From the NCBI RefSeq assembly GCF_001194135.2, contig NC_068982.1, positions 144,665,778 through 144,729,777 of the forward strand: a stretch of 64,000 bases of DNA, written 5' to 3'. The notes under the pieces are model-generated. The model searched no databases. It had not been told where the DNA came from and worked only from the letters and a program-made list of their open reading frames with translations. Made by a program: the position numbers and the translations under genes. Shown here piece by piece: positions 37,017 through 50,704 of the stretch. The DNA comes from Octopus bimaculoides. Taxonomy: Eukaryota. Position 1 is the first letter of the stretch; each line of letters begins with the position of its first letter.

Positions 37017-38349
37017 GTGAGAAGGAAAGAGAGATAGAGAGAATGAAATGTGTATGGGAGGAGGGTATGAATGAAAGCAGTAGCTATAGTGTGGAAGTAG
37101 ATTAAAAAGTCTCTCTTTGTGTATCAGAGATAAGGGTAGGACTGTTTTCAAAGTAGAATTGACAGTGAAGACATTTAATCTAGCAGATAAAGAAAACATT
37201 CAGTGGACAGGTTCTGTTCCTGATACCTCAATCAGTTCTAAGTAGATGGATAGAATGGGTAGTTGTAGTTGTTTTCAGAGAGAGTGAGAAAGAGACAGAG
37301 AGAGAGAGAGAGAGGGCAGAATGAAAGTGGGTGAGAGGGTAAAAGAGAAAATGGTGTTTATATATACAGTGGTCCTTATGGAACGTTCTCTAAATCACAA
37401 AAGTATTGTACAAGCTCACAAACACACACATGCAGATACATGATTTACACAATTACACATGCAAAGACACAAAATCACTCACACAAACTCATTGACACAC
37501 GCTTGCACAAACATACACATATATGCACAGACTCTCAAAGAAGCAGATATTTACAAGAGGACTTCAGCCTGAAAATGGCCACAGTTCACTGAAACAGAAT
37601 CCATTTGTTTAAGTAAAGGTGGGTGGGTGGAATGAAACTCTATAGTAAAATAAATAAAATACCATAAAAAAAGGGGTATGAAAGGGAACAAATAAACAAA
37701 AAAAAAGCAAATAAAAAAAGCTTCTAAACAGTAATGATTAGTCTTGGAATAGAAAAATAAAATAAAGCACAAATAGAAATGTCAGAAACCTCCAAAGTAT
37801 GGTGGTAGATGAAGGGCTGTAGTATTTTAAATATTTAGTTAACAAGTGTTTTTTGTGAAGAATTCCTTACAAAGTGGGTTTTTTTTTTTCAAAGAAAACA
37901 AAATTTAAATTTTAAAAAAGTATTTGGTGTGTTTATTGGTGAAAGAAAGGACTAAATCAGACCTAACCAGACGTAGATCTTCTCCCCCGCACAATAAACA
38001 ACAAAAACCACAAACAAACTTAATGGTGCTTCTTCTAAACATTTTGGATTAAATAAAGATCTCTATGAATGTATATATTAACTAACAGTGTCTTTGTTGC
38101 GTTGTGCAATAACCAATGACAAAGTAGAAACCATTTCTCTCTCTCTCTCTTTTTGTTAGTGTACTGTGCAAAAAATGTCAGGTTTTCAAATATGAAACGT
38201 GTTTAAATTCTCCTCACAGTTAAGACATGACACACACACACAAAATGGAGTTTCTATATGGCTGTTTGACCTGTTAGAAATAGCCACTAAATCCCCATCT
38301 TGCCCTACCATTTTTATTATATGTGTGTATATGTATACATATAACACAC

Positions 38350-38384
<35 letters not shown>

Positions 38385-38385
<1 letters not shown>

Positions 38386-39623
38386 GTAGTGAAACTACCT
38401 CCCGCCATTAGATACAAAACTACTATCGCCATTACATACAATCTTCTCATTTAAATATAAATAAATGCGAGCGTAGTAGAGAACCCATTCCTTGTCCATC
38501 ACGTGACTGATCATTATTCGAATCGGCAACTTCTTCGAACCGTTCCCGCCAGAACGCAAACTGACCAATCATGGCCCCTAATAAGGTCACGTGATGGAGT
38601 AAAATTCTAAAGGCATTTGGAGCCCTCTTAACGCTATATATAGATCAACTCATACCCAATNNNNNNNNNNNNNNNNNNNNNNNNNNNNNNNNNNNNNNNN
38701 NNNNNNNNNNNNNNNNNNNNNNNNNNNNNNNNNNNNNNNNNNNNNNNNNNNNNNNNNNNNNNNNNNNNNNNNNNNNNNNNNNNNNNNNNNNNNNNNNNNN
38801 NNNNNNNNNNNNNNNNNNNNNNNNNNNNNNNNNNNNNNNNNNNNNNNNNNNNNNNNNNNNNNNNNNNNNNNNNNNNNNNNNNNNNNNNNNNNNNNNNNNN
38901 NNNNNNNNNNNNNNNNNNNNNNNNNNNNNNNNNNNNNNNNNNNNNNNNNNNNNNNNNNNNNNNNNNNNNNNNNNNNNNNNNNNNNNNNNNNNNNNNNNNN
39001 NCAGCGTCAACACGATTTACTATGTACACCAAACCAAACTCCGCGGCACATCTCTCTCTTCGATTCTGTTAGGTGACTCAGCTTCACCACGGTAAATAAA
39101 CAGACAAGAAATTCTCAGCCAGCGATGAACATCTGTATAACAAGAATCAAGGCCCTGGCATCGACGCCAAAACACAACTAGTGTTAAGCTCTGCCACACT
39201 CAACCTTTCCTCACTTTCACATACAGAACTTTTCCTATAGTGTACTAACGATCTGGTATAATTGCTCACGTGTTATTGACTCTCTTTCTATCTGCTGTAA
39301 ACACTCATACACACATGTATCACTCACATACACACTTTTCTTTGTATGACGGCCTGTCTTTGATTATGTTCTTATATGTCGCATTCACACTCACACACAG
39401 ACATACATCTTTAACGCTACAATAAATATCTCTGTTATTCATCTTATACGGTTGTGGTCTTTCATTACTGGTCATCTATGTTATCGTCGCATAATATATC
39501 ATCTATATCATCATTTGATATATATTTGTATGTTCGACCGTGTGACGCGTTTAAATAAAAGGAGTCCTGTTTTTCCATTCGTCACCATATCTCCTTTTTG
39601 AGTTCGCACGGTCGTCCCTAACA
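38385..39623 (+). mobile_element. Solo LTR inserted in a (TA)n tract, includes an assembly gap
   Basis: Termini TGTAGTG...CCCTAACA with TATA on both sides. CpG-rich, with a promoter-like 5' part and AATAAA near the 3' end (39421 and ~39554). Confidence 0.6.
38495..38598. promoter_or_regulatory. Promoter-motif cluster within the LTR
   Basis: Perfect 13-bp inverted repeat TCCATCACGTGAC (38495-38507) / GTCACGTGATGGA (38586-38598), each an extended E-box. They enclose TTCCCGCC (E2F-like) and a CCAAT box. Confidence 0.5.
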
Positions 39624-39909
39624 TATATATATATGTCATCATCATCATTTAACGTCCATTTTCCATGCTGGCATGACTTGACAGGAACTGGCAAGGTCAG
39701 GGAGTATACCATTCTGTGCATGGTGACTGCAGTAGTGTCAGTGCCAAAGTAAAAGAACCACAACACGGTGTAAAGAAATTGGCTTTAGGAAGGGCACCCA
39801 GTTGTAGAAAACATGTCAAAGCAGACACTAGAGCACAAGGCAGTTCTTGGACCCATTGGATCCAGTCAAATCACCCAACCCATGCCAACAGGGAACAAGA
39901 ACACTAAGA

Positions 39910-39986
39910 GATGATGATGATGACAATAATGATAATGACAACGATGGTGATGATAATGAGAATGATGATGACAACAATGATGGTGG

Positions 39987-40022
<36 letters not shown>
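39910..40022. repeat. (GAT)n compound microsatellite, the expanded tail of a retroposon
   Basis: Direct reading; follows an RTE-like 3' end. Confidence 0.9.
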
Positions 40023-40259
40023 CCTATCTCTTCTTGCAGTTAGTTCAAACTTCCTCTGAACTTCCCTCCCATTTTTAGTTTTCTTTTTATATAAATTTAT
40101 AGGGGTTTTGGCTAACCTTTGTGTCAGTTATTTTTGAGGGATTTCCTTCAGTTAACTTCTATCAGACTTAAATTTTCTTTGGCTTAAGTTAATTATCAAA
40201 CGAAGTTTACATTCATTTTTAATGAATTTCACAGTCAGCATGTCTTGATGTTGTTTAGC

Positions 40260-40700
40260 TTCATGTCAGTTCTCATTGAGCAGACCCATGATCAAAGGTA
40301 TTCCAGCCATGATCATGTCATAATTTTTTAAGGTATAGCTTATCTAAGACTCCATTATTCAATGTATCCTTCTTTTTACAAGGTGGTAGATATGAAGTAA
40401 ATTTGGCTGCTATTTCAAGCAGGTCGTATGACCACTTAGAGAGCCCTTCATTAGTCTGTCTAATGTTGTTCCCAATATGGTTAGAAACTATACATGTATA
40501 TAACAGGGCTCTTTTCATGGTTGCTTGACCTGCTAGAAATAGTAATCAACACTCCTTCAACATATCATCTTTAAAAGGGATGTGTTGGGTAGGGTGGTCC
40601 TGGATTTCCTGCACATAGGAAGAATACACAACAATCAAAGCTGAAATACATTTGATCATAAGTCTGGTTTATTCAAGCTGACCTGGAGCTAAATACCAAC
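40260..40700. mobile_element. Two oppositely oriented fragments of repeat family IV
   Basis: The motif gacctgctagaaatagc / gctatttctagcaggt and the tgatcaaagg module recur at ~30.6, 31.0, 34.8, 38.3, 57.2, 58.4, 61.7 and 62.5 kb. Confidence 0.6.
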
Positions 40701-40984
40701 AACAACAACAACAACAGCCAGTAATCGAATGGATAGCTGTGACTGAAAGTACAAGTGTAGTGGATTTATAAGTAGAACAAGTAGAAAGCTTTCATTGTAA
40801 ACAAAATCAAAAGCTAGGATTGTTATGTATGTCAAGATGTTAAAAAAATAAATATATATTGTAGGTGTGGCTGTGTGGTAAGAAGTTTGCTTCCCAGCCA
40901 CATAGTTCCAGGTTCAGTTCATGGAATAGTGGACACCCAGAACTGTTACAACCAAACTTGTAAAAGACACCCAAGCTGGTGACA

Positions 40985-41188
40985 CATAACAGGGTATCCA
41001 TGCTGCTGACATGTAAAAGACACCCAGTACACTCTGTAGTATTTGGTATGAAGAAGGGCATCCAGCCATAGAAACCAAGCCAAAACAGACGACCTAAGCC
41101 TGGTGCAGCTCTCTGGCTTACCAGCTCCAGTCAAACCATCTAACCCATGCCAGCATGGAAAATGGACATTAAATGATGATGATGACAT
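40985..41188 (+). mobile_element. RTE-related short 3' terminal fragment
   Basis: aagggcatccagc..tagaaacc...catgccagcatggaaaatggacattaaatgatgatg. Confidence 0.7.
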
Positions 41189-41560
41189 AACTAACTTACA
41201 TACATATGTAAGGACACACATTTGTACACGCACACACATTTGTACGCACACACACACACACACACATTTACATGAACAGCCAAACTTACCTACGAACATA
41301 ACATATATTATATAGCAAATTGTGGGTTAAGCTTCAAAAGTATGTGAAATGCTTAACATTCCTGAATGGGTCGTAATCCAACTACAAAACTACAATAAAG
41401 AGAGTAATCAGGGTGATGTTTAGTCAATAACTCAAGTTTTTTTTTACACACAGATACTGCTCAAATATACATGAAAAAAGTGAAATGGCTGAATGGATAA
41501 GATATTTATTAAGTAGCTGATGGTGAGTTCACTACTATCTATACACGATAGGAACAAGAT

Positions 41561-41707
41561 CAGTCATGGGCAAACTATGGCCCACGGGGCTTTTTGAATT
41601 ACACATCAAAAAAAAAAAAATTACTTTGAATTTTTAGTAGTGCAACCCACCTGATGATGGACCATGTGTCATGTGGTCCACTTCTCAAAAAATGTTGCCC
41701 ATGCCTG
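41561..41707. mobile_element. hAT-type MITE
   Basis: TIRs CAGTCATGGGCAA / TTGCCCATGCCTG. 8-bp TSD AACAAGAT (41553-41560) / TACAAGAT (41708-41715). Confidence 0.8.
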
Positions 41708-42174
41708 TACAAGATCTATTGTAACATTGGTCCCATTACAACCAATCAAACAGTTCACATTCAGCATTCATTATATATTGCATACAGAAATGTTTGGGTG
41801 TACAAATAGAAGAAAATGTACTCAATATATGCAGCAGAGTGTATTGCTTGAAAGCTGATGATTCATTCTGTCGCTAAAATAGACAGCCGTTTTAAGGTCA
41901 CAGGTAGTTGATGCTTAGATTATCAATATTCTGTAATGCTAAGTAGATTTGAGCTGAATGTTACAAAATAGCAAGAGATTCAGAACAGTGACAAATATTA
42001 CTGTTGATATCACCACCAACACCACTTTTATGTCTGCTTTTTATGTTGGCATGCGTGTGGACATGAGACAGCAGACCATGTTTTGTTCCAGTATCTCAGT
42101 TTTTTGGTTTGGTTTCTATGACTGGATGTCTTTCTTAATGTTATATATATATATATATATATATATATCATTAT

Positions 42175-42482
42175 CATCACCATCATCATCGTTTAACATC
42201 CGCTTTCCATGCTAGCATGGGTTGGATGATTTGACTGAGAACTGGTGGACCAGGTGGCTACACCAGGCTCCAATCTGATTTGGCAGTGTTTCCACAGCTG
42301 GATGCCCTTCCTAACGCCAACCACTCCGAGAGTGTAGTGGGTGCTTTTACGTGCTACCGGCACGAAGGCCAGTCAGGAGGTACTGGCAACGGCCACGCTC
42401 GAAATGGTGTATTTTACGTGCCACCTGCATAGGAGCCAGTCCAGGGGCACTGGCAACGACCTGGCTCGAATGTCTTTTCAGC
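42175..42482 (-). mobile_element. RTE LINE 3' UTR fragment
   Basis: Reverse complement of the 3.8-4.1 kb sequence. Confidence 0.85.
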
Positions 42483-43276
42483 TGATGATTCACTCCATCA
42501 TTATTCCAAGTTTAATCATAGCTATGCTAGCATCAATTAGGTAGGTATGCAATAAAACAGTTCTCTTTGAATCCTGTTGCTTTCCAGAATCAATATTCTT
42601 AAATTTGATCTGACTTTTGCAATAAATATCTTCTCCTTACGATAGGGTTACCTTTTTAAGATTACTCTATCACAGATACCTCTCTCACCATTTTTATTTT
42701 ATATATGCATTAGGTATGGATTGCACCAAGGCTGTTGCAGACACTCTGAGATCAGTGAGACTGGCATGATTAATATTCCTCTTGAATAGTTGCAAGGAGA
42801 GTGAATTCCAGAGGATGGATATCCAGTAAAGGAAGAAATGGGCATAGAGGCTAGCGTGTGGTTAAGGGTGGCAAGAGAAGGAGAGACAAATGAGTTGGAG
42901 TGCATGAGTAGAGAGGGAATGAAACGAAACAGATCCAAGGAACTGAGGACACTGTTGTGGCGATAGAAACAGCAGAGAGAAGAGACACAATGTCTGTGAC
43001 ATCAACAGTGAGTGAGTAAACTTACACACTGAGTGAACAGCCAACAAGTAATCACTGTGGTGTTTGTGTTTGCGTGTATTTATGATGACAATCTGTGTGT
43101 AGAATTACAAATCTCTTGACATTCAAAACAGCATCTGTTTAACAGTTATTGTTTCAAATGAGAAGACCGATAAATAAAGAGGGAGGGGAAATAAATTAGG
43201 CCAGAGATTAAATCAAAATGAAAAAAAAAAATGAATACAATATACATATATATATATATATATTTATACACATGCA

Positions 43277-43322
<46 letters not shown>

Positions 43323-44575
43323 NNNNNNNNNNNNNNNNNNNNNNNNNNNNNNNNNNNNNNNNNNNNNNNNNNNNNNNNNNNNNNNNNNNNNNNNNNNNNN
43401 NNNNNNNNNNNNNNNNNNNNNNNNNNNNNNNNNNNNNNNNNNNNNNNNNNNNNNNNNNNNNNNNNNNNNNNNNNNNNNNNNNNNNNNNNNNNNNNNNNNN
43501 NNNNNNNNNNNNNNNNNNNNNNNNNNNNNNNNNNNNNNNNNNNNNNNNNNNNNNNNNNNNNNNNNNNNNNNNNNNNNNNNNNNNNNNNNNNNNNNNNNNN
43601 NNNNNNNNNNNNNNNNNNNNNNNNNNNNNNNNNNNNNNNNNNNNNNNNNNNNNNNNNNNNNNNNNNNNNNNNNNNNNNNNNNATATATATATATGTCAGA
43701 ATAAATATAAATATTGAAACAAAAGACAATAAAAGCAAGAGAAATCTCAGCAATTGGTGGTCATTTAGTTAAATGAAATATTGCTAATTTCTGCCAATGA
43801 ACATTGTCACGTGTAAAGTCATTGTACTTAACGAGGTGTGTGCAGTACTTTGCTAATTAGACAACAGAAAATTACCCTGAAAGGTCAGTGTAAACCAGCT
43901 GGAAATATATAGATACAGATGTATGTACACATGTGTGTGTGTGTGAGTGTATACACACACACACACACACACACATAAGTATGGATGTATAAATAGACAT
44001 ATACATGCATACATATATATAGACAAACATACACTCTTACACACATATGTACATAGACAAACATAATTTGCATAGATACATTAGTCCTACTTATTAGGCT
44101 TACCCATTAGTCATAGGATAGTCCCTCCCCCATGGGGTAGCGTCCCATTTACAGTAACATTATATATGGGTATGCATACTACATATATGTATGTATGTAC
44201 ACACACATATTTGTGCATAAATTGTATTATATACCATCACAACACCATTCACAAATGATATTACCTTCAACATATTGTGTTCCTTAGGTCCACTTTATCT
44301 ATGTCAATGTCGACTGCTCCTACTATAAGACTTTCAGGAATTTAATAACTTCTCCCTGTTATACAAGTAGTTTTTGTTGGAAACATGACAAAAATGTAAC
44401 TGCTCTTCTGCTCAGAGACTGTGATACTGCAATTGTAATCAAAATCGCAGCTGGTTGATTTCAAAAACTACCAAATCATCTTTCATGGCTCAATGGTTTT
44501 GTATCTTATTACAGTCACTGAGATTGCTATGTGAATGATCATGACAGCATCATGTCAATGGATAACATGCTTAAC

Positions 44576-44621
<46 letters not shown>

Positions 44622-46421
44622 TTCATCTAGGTCAGTGACGGTGAACTCATTTAAGCATAGCATGTTGAGATTTTAGTTTCTTTAATAATCTTGTTACTGG
44701 AATGTTACTTACATGATTACATGTATTTTAGTTTTAGGCAATTGAATAAGTTTTTTTATAACATGAAATTGCAGGTAGATTTTCGTTTTTCAAAGTTTGT
44801 CATTTGTCACCTGAAAACCTGCTATATGTTCATGCTGACACATGTCGTAAGTTCACCATTATTAATCAAGGTATAAACATGTACCATTGATCTGGGTATA
44901 AATATGTACCATAAGAACTATGAGGTAAGGGCAGCCCATTATTTACAAAAGTGGGTCATGACAAAATTAATGAATATTTCCATAATATTGCAAAAGAACT
45001 GCTGAGTTAAAGTTCTCCAATAGGCTTGAAGTAGGTAAAAAGAGTACAAAGCTAGTCGCATACTCAAATGTAGATCAGGGTAACAGTCTTGTTCTGACAT
45101 GCAATTATTTCTTGGGTTCTAGTTCTGATTATAAGCTATGCTTAATACTAAGTTTACTAGTGATCATTCTGTAATAAATTTAACTCTGGTGTACTTAAGG
45201 GTTTAGAAATGTCTCCATAACTCTTTCTTTCTTCTATTAACAAGTCACTTGCTATCACTTCATCTAACACTAGTTCAAGCCTTGTCTGGTAATATAGGCA
45301 TGTCCAAGAACAAGACACTTGATGACAATTGGAGATCAAAGCAATTGAAACATAGTTTAGATGTAACTAAATATTGAAACAAACTTTTGCTTAATATTCT
45401 AAAAGATTTTGTTATTTGCAACAAGTTTTCTCAGACATTAAGGTTAACTTAAAATGTCCCTTTGGTATTTTGGAACATCTCCATATTTTGAACATGTTGT
45501 CTAAACAATGAGGTATTAGATGATCTAATACTCAAAGAGATTCATTTTCCACAAGCTCTACCATTTCATATTGTTAAAAAAAGAAATGAGAACAAGACTC
45601 TTCCTATTGGTATTTACAAAACACATTATCATGTATTTTTATGCAAACAACATATAAACTCCACAAAAACAGGAAGAATCAAGGTTATGCAATAAAATCC
45701 AAAACAAATAACAACAATGACAGGAAGAATCAAGATTCTGCGGATGTATCTTTAACAAATAAATAAATAGAAATAGAAAGAACTAAAGAGAAAGAAAAAC
45801 AAGACAAAGAAAAAATTCAGTACTTTCAAAATGATACCAAAGGTAGGGGAAGAGAAAAAAGCAGAGGGGGTGCATTATTTTGGTAAAACTGTTCCACTGA
45901 GAGTGATTAATTACAAGAAGTAGTTACAAAAGGTCAATGCTTTGTAACAGGCCATTAAAAAACTGTCAGACCTATCCACCAGAAGGTATCTTGGGGAAAA
46001 ACACAGCAATGTACATTCAACATTAACACAGCTGTGGCATTTGAATGAAATTTAAATTTAAATATTGATGAGTCTGGATTGAAATTTCCTTTTCAACATT
46101 GTTGTTTTTATTGATTCTTCATCAATCTGTAATTATTTGCATGATAACATTTTGATAAAATTAATATTTTATCTTCTCTAGGTATTAAAATTTATATGCA
46201 CACACTCTCTCTTATACTACCTAAGTTTTATGTGTATGTATCTACTATATAACTTGGCATATATTTAAGCACACTAACTTATTATATTCCCTTAGCAGAG
46301 CACTCTGAGGTTATTTTCATTGCCATTCTAAGATCATTAATATACAAAGTGATGGCTTTGTTCCTTTGTATGTTCCTCATCAATTTATATACCAATCAAT
46401 CTTAGTGTCATTGATAATATA

Positions 46422-46746
46422 GGAGCACTCTGTCAGTTACGACTACAAGAGTCCCAGCTGGTACAATCAATGGAACAGCCTGCTCATGAAATTAACATGC
46501 AAGTGACTGAGCAATCCACAGACATGTGTACCCCTAACGTAGTTCTCAGGGAGACTCAGCGTGACACATAGTGTGACAAGGCTGGCCCTTTGAAATACAG
46601 GTACTGCTCATTTTTGCCAGCTGAGTGGACTGGAGCAACATGAAATAAAGTGTCTTGCTCAAGGACACAACGCATCGCTGGGAATCGAACTTACGACCTT
46701 ACGATCGTGAGCCGAATGCCCTAACTATTAAATTACGCACCTTCAC
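46422..46746 (-). mobile_element. tRNA-derived SINE (head 1, core, tail Y)
   Basis: 13-bp TSD CATTGATAATATA (46409-46421 and 46747-46759). B box GTTCGATTCCC. Confidence 0.9.
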
Positions 46747-46907
46747 CATTGATAATATATTGTGTGGCTAAATGAGCAAACGTTTCTCCTTTACTGGCTG
46801 CTGAATTGTCAGCAAAACATTTAGATGTTCTGTGAAGCAGCCTTTAACAAATATTCTATATTTTCTTTATGTCATATATTTGAGAACCATTCTCTATGTT
46901 AGTTTAA

Positions 46908-47521
46908 CCCTCTAGCATTTAAACTGGCCATATCCAGCCCAAATATTATACCTGTTTTATGTACAGACTGACCATGTTCAACCTCTCACACTTACTATAC
47001 AATGTCATTCTAAAAATAAAGAAGCATGTCATCAAAATCTCAACACAAATAGATAATGTATGATTAATTCAAAACAATGTGAATAAATAAGTATTATATT
47101 TGACAGAAGTGGAGGCGCAATGGCCCAGTGGTTAGGGCAGTGGACTCGTGGTCATAGGATCGCGGTTTCGATTCCCAGATCGGGTGTTGTGAGTGTTTAT
47201 TGAGCGAAAACACCTAAAGCTCCACGAGGCTCCGGCAGGGGATGGTGGCGAACCCTGCTGTACTCTTTCACCACAATTTTCTCTCACTCTTACTTCCTGT
47301 TTCTGTTGTGCCTGTAATTCAAAGGGTCAGTCTTGTCACACTGTGTCACGCTGAATATCCCCGTAAACTACGTTAAGGGTACACATGTCTGTGGAGTGCT
47401 CAGCCACTTGCATGTTAATTTCATGAGCAGGCTGTTCCATTGATCGGATCAACTGGAACCCTCGACGTCGTAAGCGACGGAGTGCCAACACATTTGACAG
47501 AGTAATCTGAATGCTAAAGGC
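46908..47521 (+). mobile_element. TTAA-flanked MITE interrupted by a SINE
   Basis: TTAA|CCCTCTAGCATT...AATGCTAAAGGC|TTAA, with the SINE at 47108-47491 inside. Confidence 0.8.
47108..47491 (+). mobile_element. tRNA-derived SINE (head 2, different middle, tail Y)
   Basis: 10-bp TSD ATTTGACAGA (47098-47107 and 47492-47501). Head ggaggcgcaatggcccagtggttagg...ggtttcgattccc. Confidence 0.9.
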
Positions 47522-48809
47522 TTAATTGATGCAGGCATAAATTCATAGCACCAACTACCTATTAAGTCATTATACAGGCTCAGTAATTAAATATTTCACT
47601 TAGGTGAACTCAGATTCCACTGCATAGATTTATGTGCATATCATTATCATTTAATGTTCCTGTCCCATGCTAGCATGAGCTGGACAGTTTTATAGAATCC
47701 AATGGATCCAATGACTACATCGTGCTCTAGTGTCTGCCTTGGCATGGTTTCTATAACTGGATGCTCTTCCAGACATCAACCACTATTCAGCATGTACTGC
47801 CTGCTTTTTATGTGCCGTCAGTCGGCACTAGTGACATTGCAAGGCAGCTTGCAAGATTATGAACCCAGAGGGGGCTTGTGTGCCTGTGCGCATGCATGCA
47901 TGTGTGAGTGTGTGTACATATATGTATACATGTATGAGTGAATGCATGTTATATGAGTTTTAATTAAAACAGTGAATCCATTACAAACTGATTTGTTTCT
48001 TTCATAGTTATTGACATCAGTTTTGTTGGATTCATTTTCATTTTAATTAAAACGTGTCCCTTCTCAGTATTTATAGCTTGAGTACTTTATTCCAAGTAGT
48101 TTACCGTTCTGAACAAATTATGCAGGAATTTTGTTTGAGTGAGTGCATGTTCGTGTGAGTGCATGCGTGTGTGTTTCATGCCACAGCACTTATCAAAGAT
48201 TTTCATAAGTGTTGTTGCATGACTTTAAGCTCTTCAGTTTTCAGCCTTACAGACAATAAAATAAAAGTATATATATATATATATATATATATACTCTACT
48301 TTAAGCATAGAGTTCTATTTCCCCTATCTATATCATCAAACCTATCTCCCTCTCTGCACACACACACACACACAATTATGTATGCATGTAATGTATGTAG
48401 ACATGTATGCTTATATTAATGCGCGTGCACACACACATGCATGCAAACACAGACACACATAGATACACACACACACACACACACACAACTATACAAATAT
48501 TGTCAGTCAGAAAATGGCAAATGTGTTCAATTATAGGAACTGCCATAAAACACAATCGTCCAAAGTTGATGCACAATAAACGGTGATTATGGCTTGTTGT
48601 AAATGTCAGGCAAACAGACTCTGCTGAAAGTAGCTACTGAGAAGGGTTTAATCACTGCTTCGAGTTCAATAAACACTTGACTTTTAAACCTTGCTATTAT
48701 AACTGATGTTGGTGACACAAGAGAAAAGATTTGTTCAGTTTTTAAGCACAGTGGGACTTATGAAAGCCTAAACAAAATGGAACTTTTTAATTGTTTCTTA
48801 TACAAGCAC

Positions 48810-49000
48810 AAAACCAGAAATTAATGTGAAGGGGGTTAATCTGGTAAATTCCAGTACATGACTGGTACTTTGTTATTCTTCTCCTTTTTCAATCTACTGA
48901 CCCTGGAAGGATGAAAGGAAAAGTTAACCTTGGCAGAGCCAGAAGAAATAATTCAAAACATTTTATCCAATGTGTTAATAATTCTACCAATCCCTTGGCA
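48810..49000 (-). mobile_element. Family-III tRNA SINE, internally deleted
   Basis: Same unit, adjacent to (AAT)n. Confidence 0.65.
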
Positions 49001-49002
49001 AT

Positions 49003-49012
49003 AATAATAATG

Positions 49013-49046
<34 letters not shown>

Positions 49047-49097
49047 TAAAATAAAATAATAATAATAATAATAATAATAATTATCATAATAATAATA
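49003..49097. repeat. (AAT)n microsatellite
   Basis: Direct reading. Confidence 0.95.
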
Positions 49098-49479
49098 CCC
49101 AAGGCACACAGTTGTGTTCAGTAATGCAGTGAAAGCACATGATAAAAATAAGACTATGGAATAATAATACTAATAATGATGATGATGATGATGATGATGA
49201 TGAAGATGATGATGATTTCTTTGCTTTTTTTTTAGTCACAAGAGGTTGAAGAGATACAAAACATTCAAAATTTTCCTTAGGAGTAACAATGACAGACAAG
49301 ATAATGTGGAGTGTAAAAGGAGCACATTTAAAAATTATGAAAGGAAGGAGTAGATAAGAGACATTATACAATATACGGAAGGATGTACAAAGAATGTTAC
49401 AAGTACACAAATACATAAATACACACACACACATACACATGCTCGTGCACACACACACACGCATTCTATTATTATTTTA

Positions 49480-49845
49480 TTCTTTTGCTTTTTTTCAGTA
49501 ATTTGACTGTGGCCATGCTGGAGCACTGTCTTTTAGTTAAAAAATCAACCCCAGGACTTATTCTTTGTAAGCCTAGTACTTAACCTATTGGTCTCTTTAA
49601 CTGAACCACACCGACACTGGTTGTCAAGCGATGGTGGGGGCACAAACACAGACACACAGAAATATATATATATATATATACGACAGGCCTCTTACAGTTT
49701 ACATCTTCCAAATCCGCTCACAAGGCTTTGGTCGACTTGAGGCTATAGTAGAAGACACTTGCCCAAGGTGTCACATAGTGGGACTGAACCTGGAACCATG
49801 TGGTTGGGAAGCAAGCTTCTTACCACAGAGCCATACCTGCACCTA
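49480..49845 (-). mobile_element. SINE family I, internally deleted
   Basis: Same head and tail as the other copies. Confidence 0.8.
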
Positions 49846-50210
49846 TATATATATAAAGAATATGAGGGGTTTAGCTTATTTGTGATCTAGACGAACAGGT
49901 AAGCTGGGTAACTGCTATAGTTGGTCGACCATTAAGTTCCAAGACCACAGCTATGGCTGGATCTAGGAATCTGTGTGAAGGTTCTGTTATAGCAAGCATA
50001 TATTATATTAAAGGAAAAATCAAAACCAAGGCAGAATGAGTATCTAAAGTCATTAAGAATAATTTAATTAGAGTAATTAATAATCAATACTTAAATTATT
50101 CTAAATGACTTGAGATATTCATTCCGCTTTGGTTTTGATTTTCCCTCTAATATAATATATAAATATATATAATCTATACACACACTGAGACAGACACACA
50201 CATACATACT

Positions 50211-50250
<40 letters not shown>

Positions 50251-50659
50251 AATCTAAAAAATGGAACAAGAATGCAACAGATGACAATAAAATATCTTTG
50301 CAGATAAACAATATGAAGACAGACAGGAAGAACAACAAAAAAGATGGACAAAACAAGGATGGGCCATTTGTGACATTCTCTCCTCAGTCAGGTTTCCAGA
50401 TTATCATGCATGTATGTAAATATACACACATGCATGTGTATACATATATGCACATATACGTTTGTGCAAAAAGTGATATAAAATATAAAACATGAATGTA
50501 CATAAAAGCATCATAAAAATATGAATCACATTTGTGTATTTCAGTCTGTACTGGAACTCCTCATATATGATTTGAACTTGCTAAAGGGTGACAATGTCTT
50601 TTTAGGTATTCTCTCATAAAGGCACTGGCCAGAAGAACATAATGGACCAAATGTCTATA

Positions 50660-50704
<45 letters not shown>

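Noticed and set aside
45157-45339. 60-aa minus-strand ORF with protein-like composition
   Set aside because: No recognisable motif and no convincing donor site; cannot be supported as an exon.
37989-48581. Shared 11-mer GCACAATAAAC (Sox/Fox-like) at 37989 and 48571
   Set aside because: A single short match in AT-rich 64 kb is not distinguishable from chance without conservation data.
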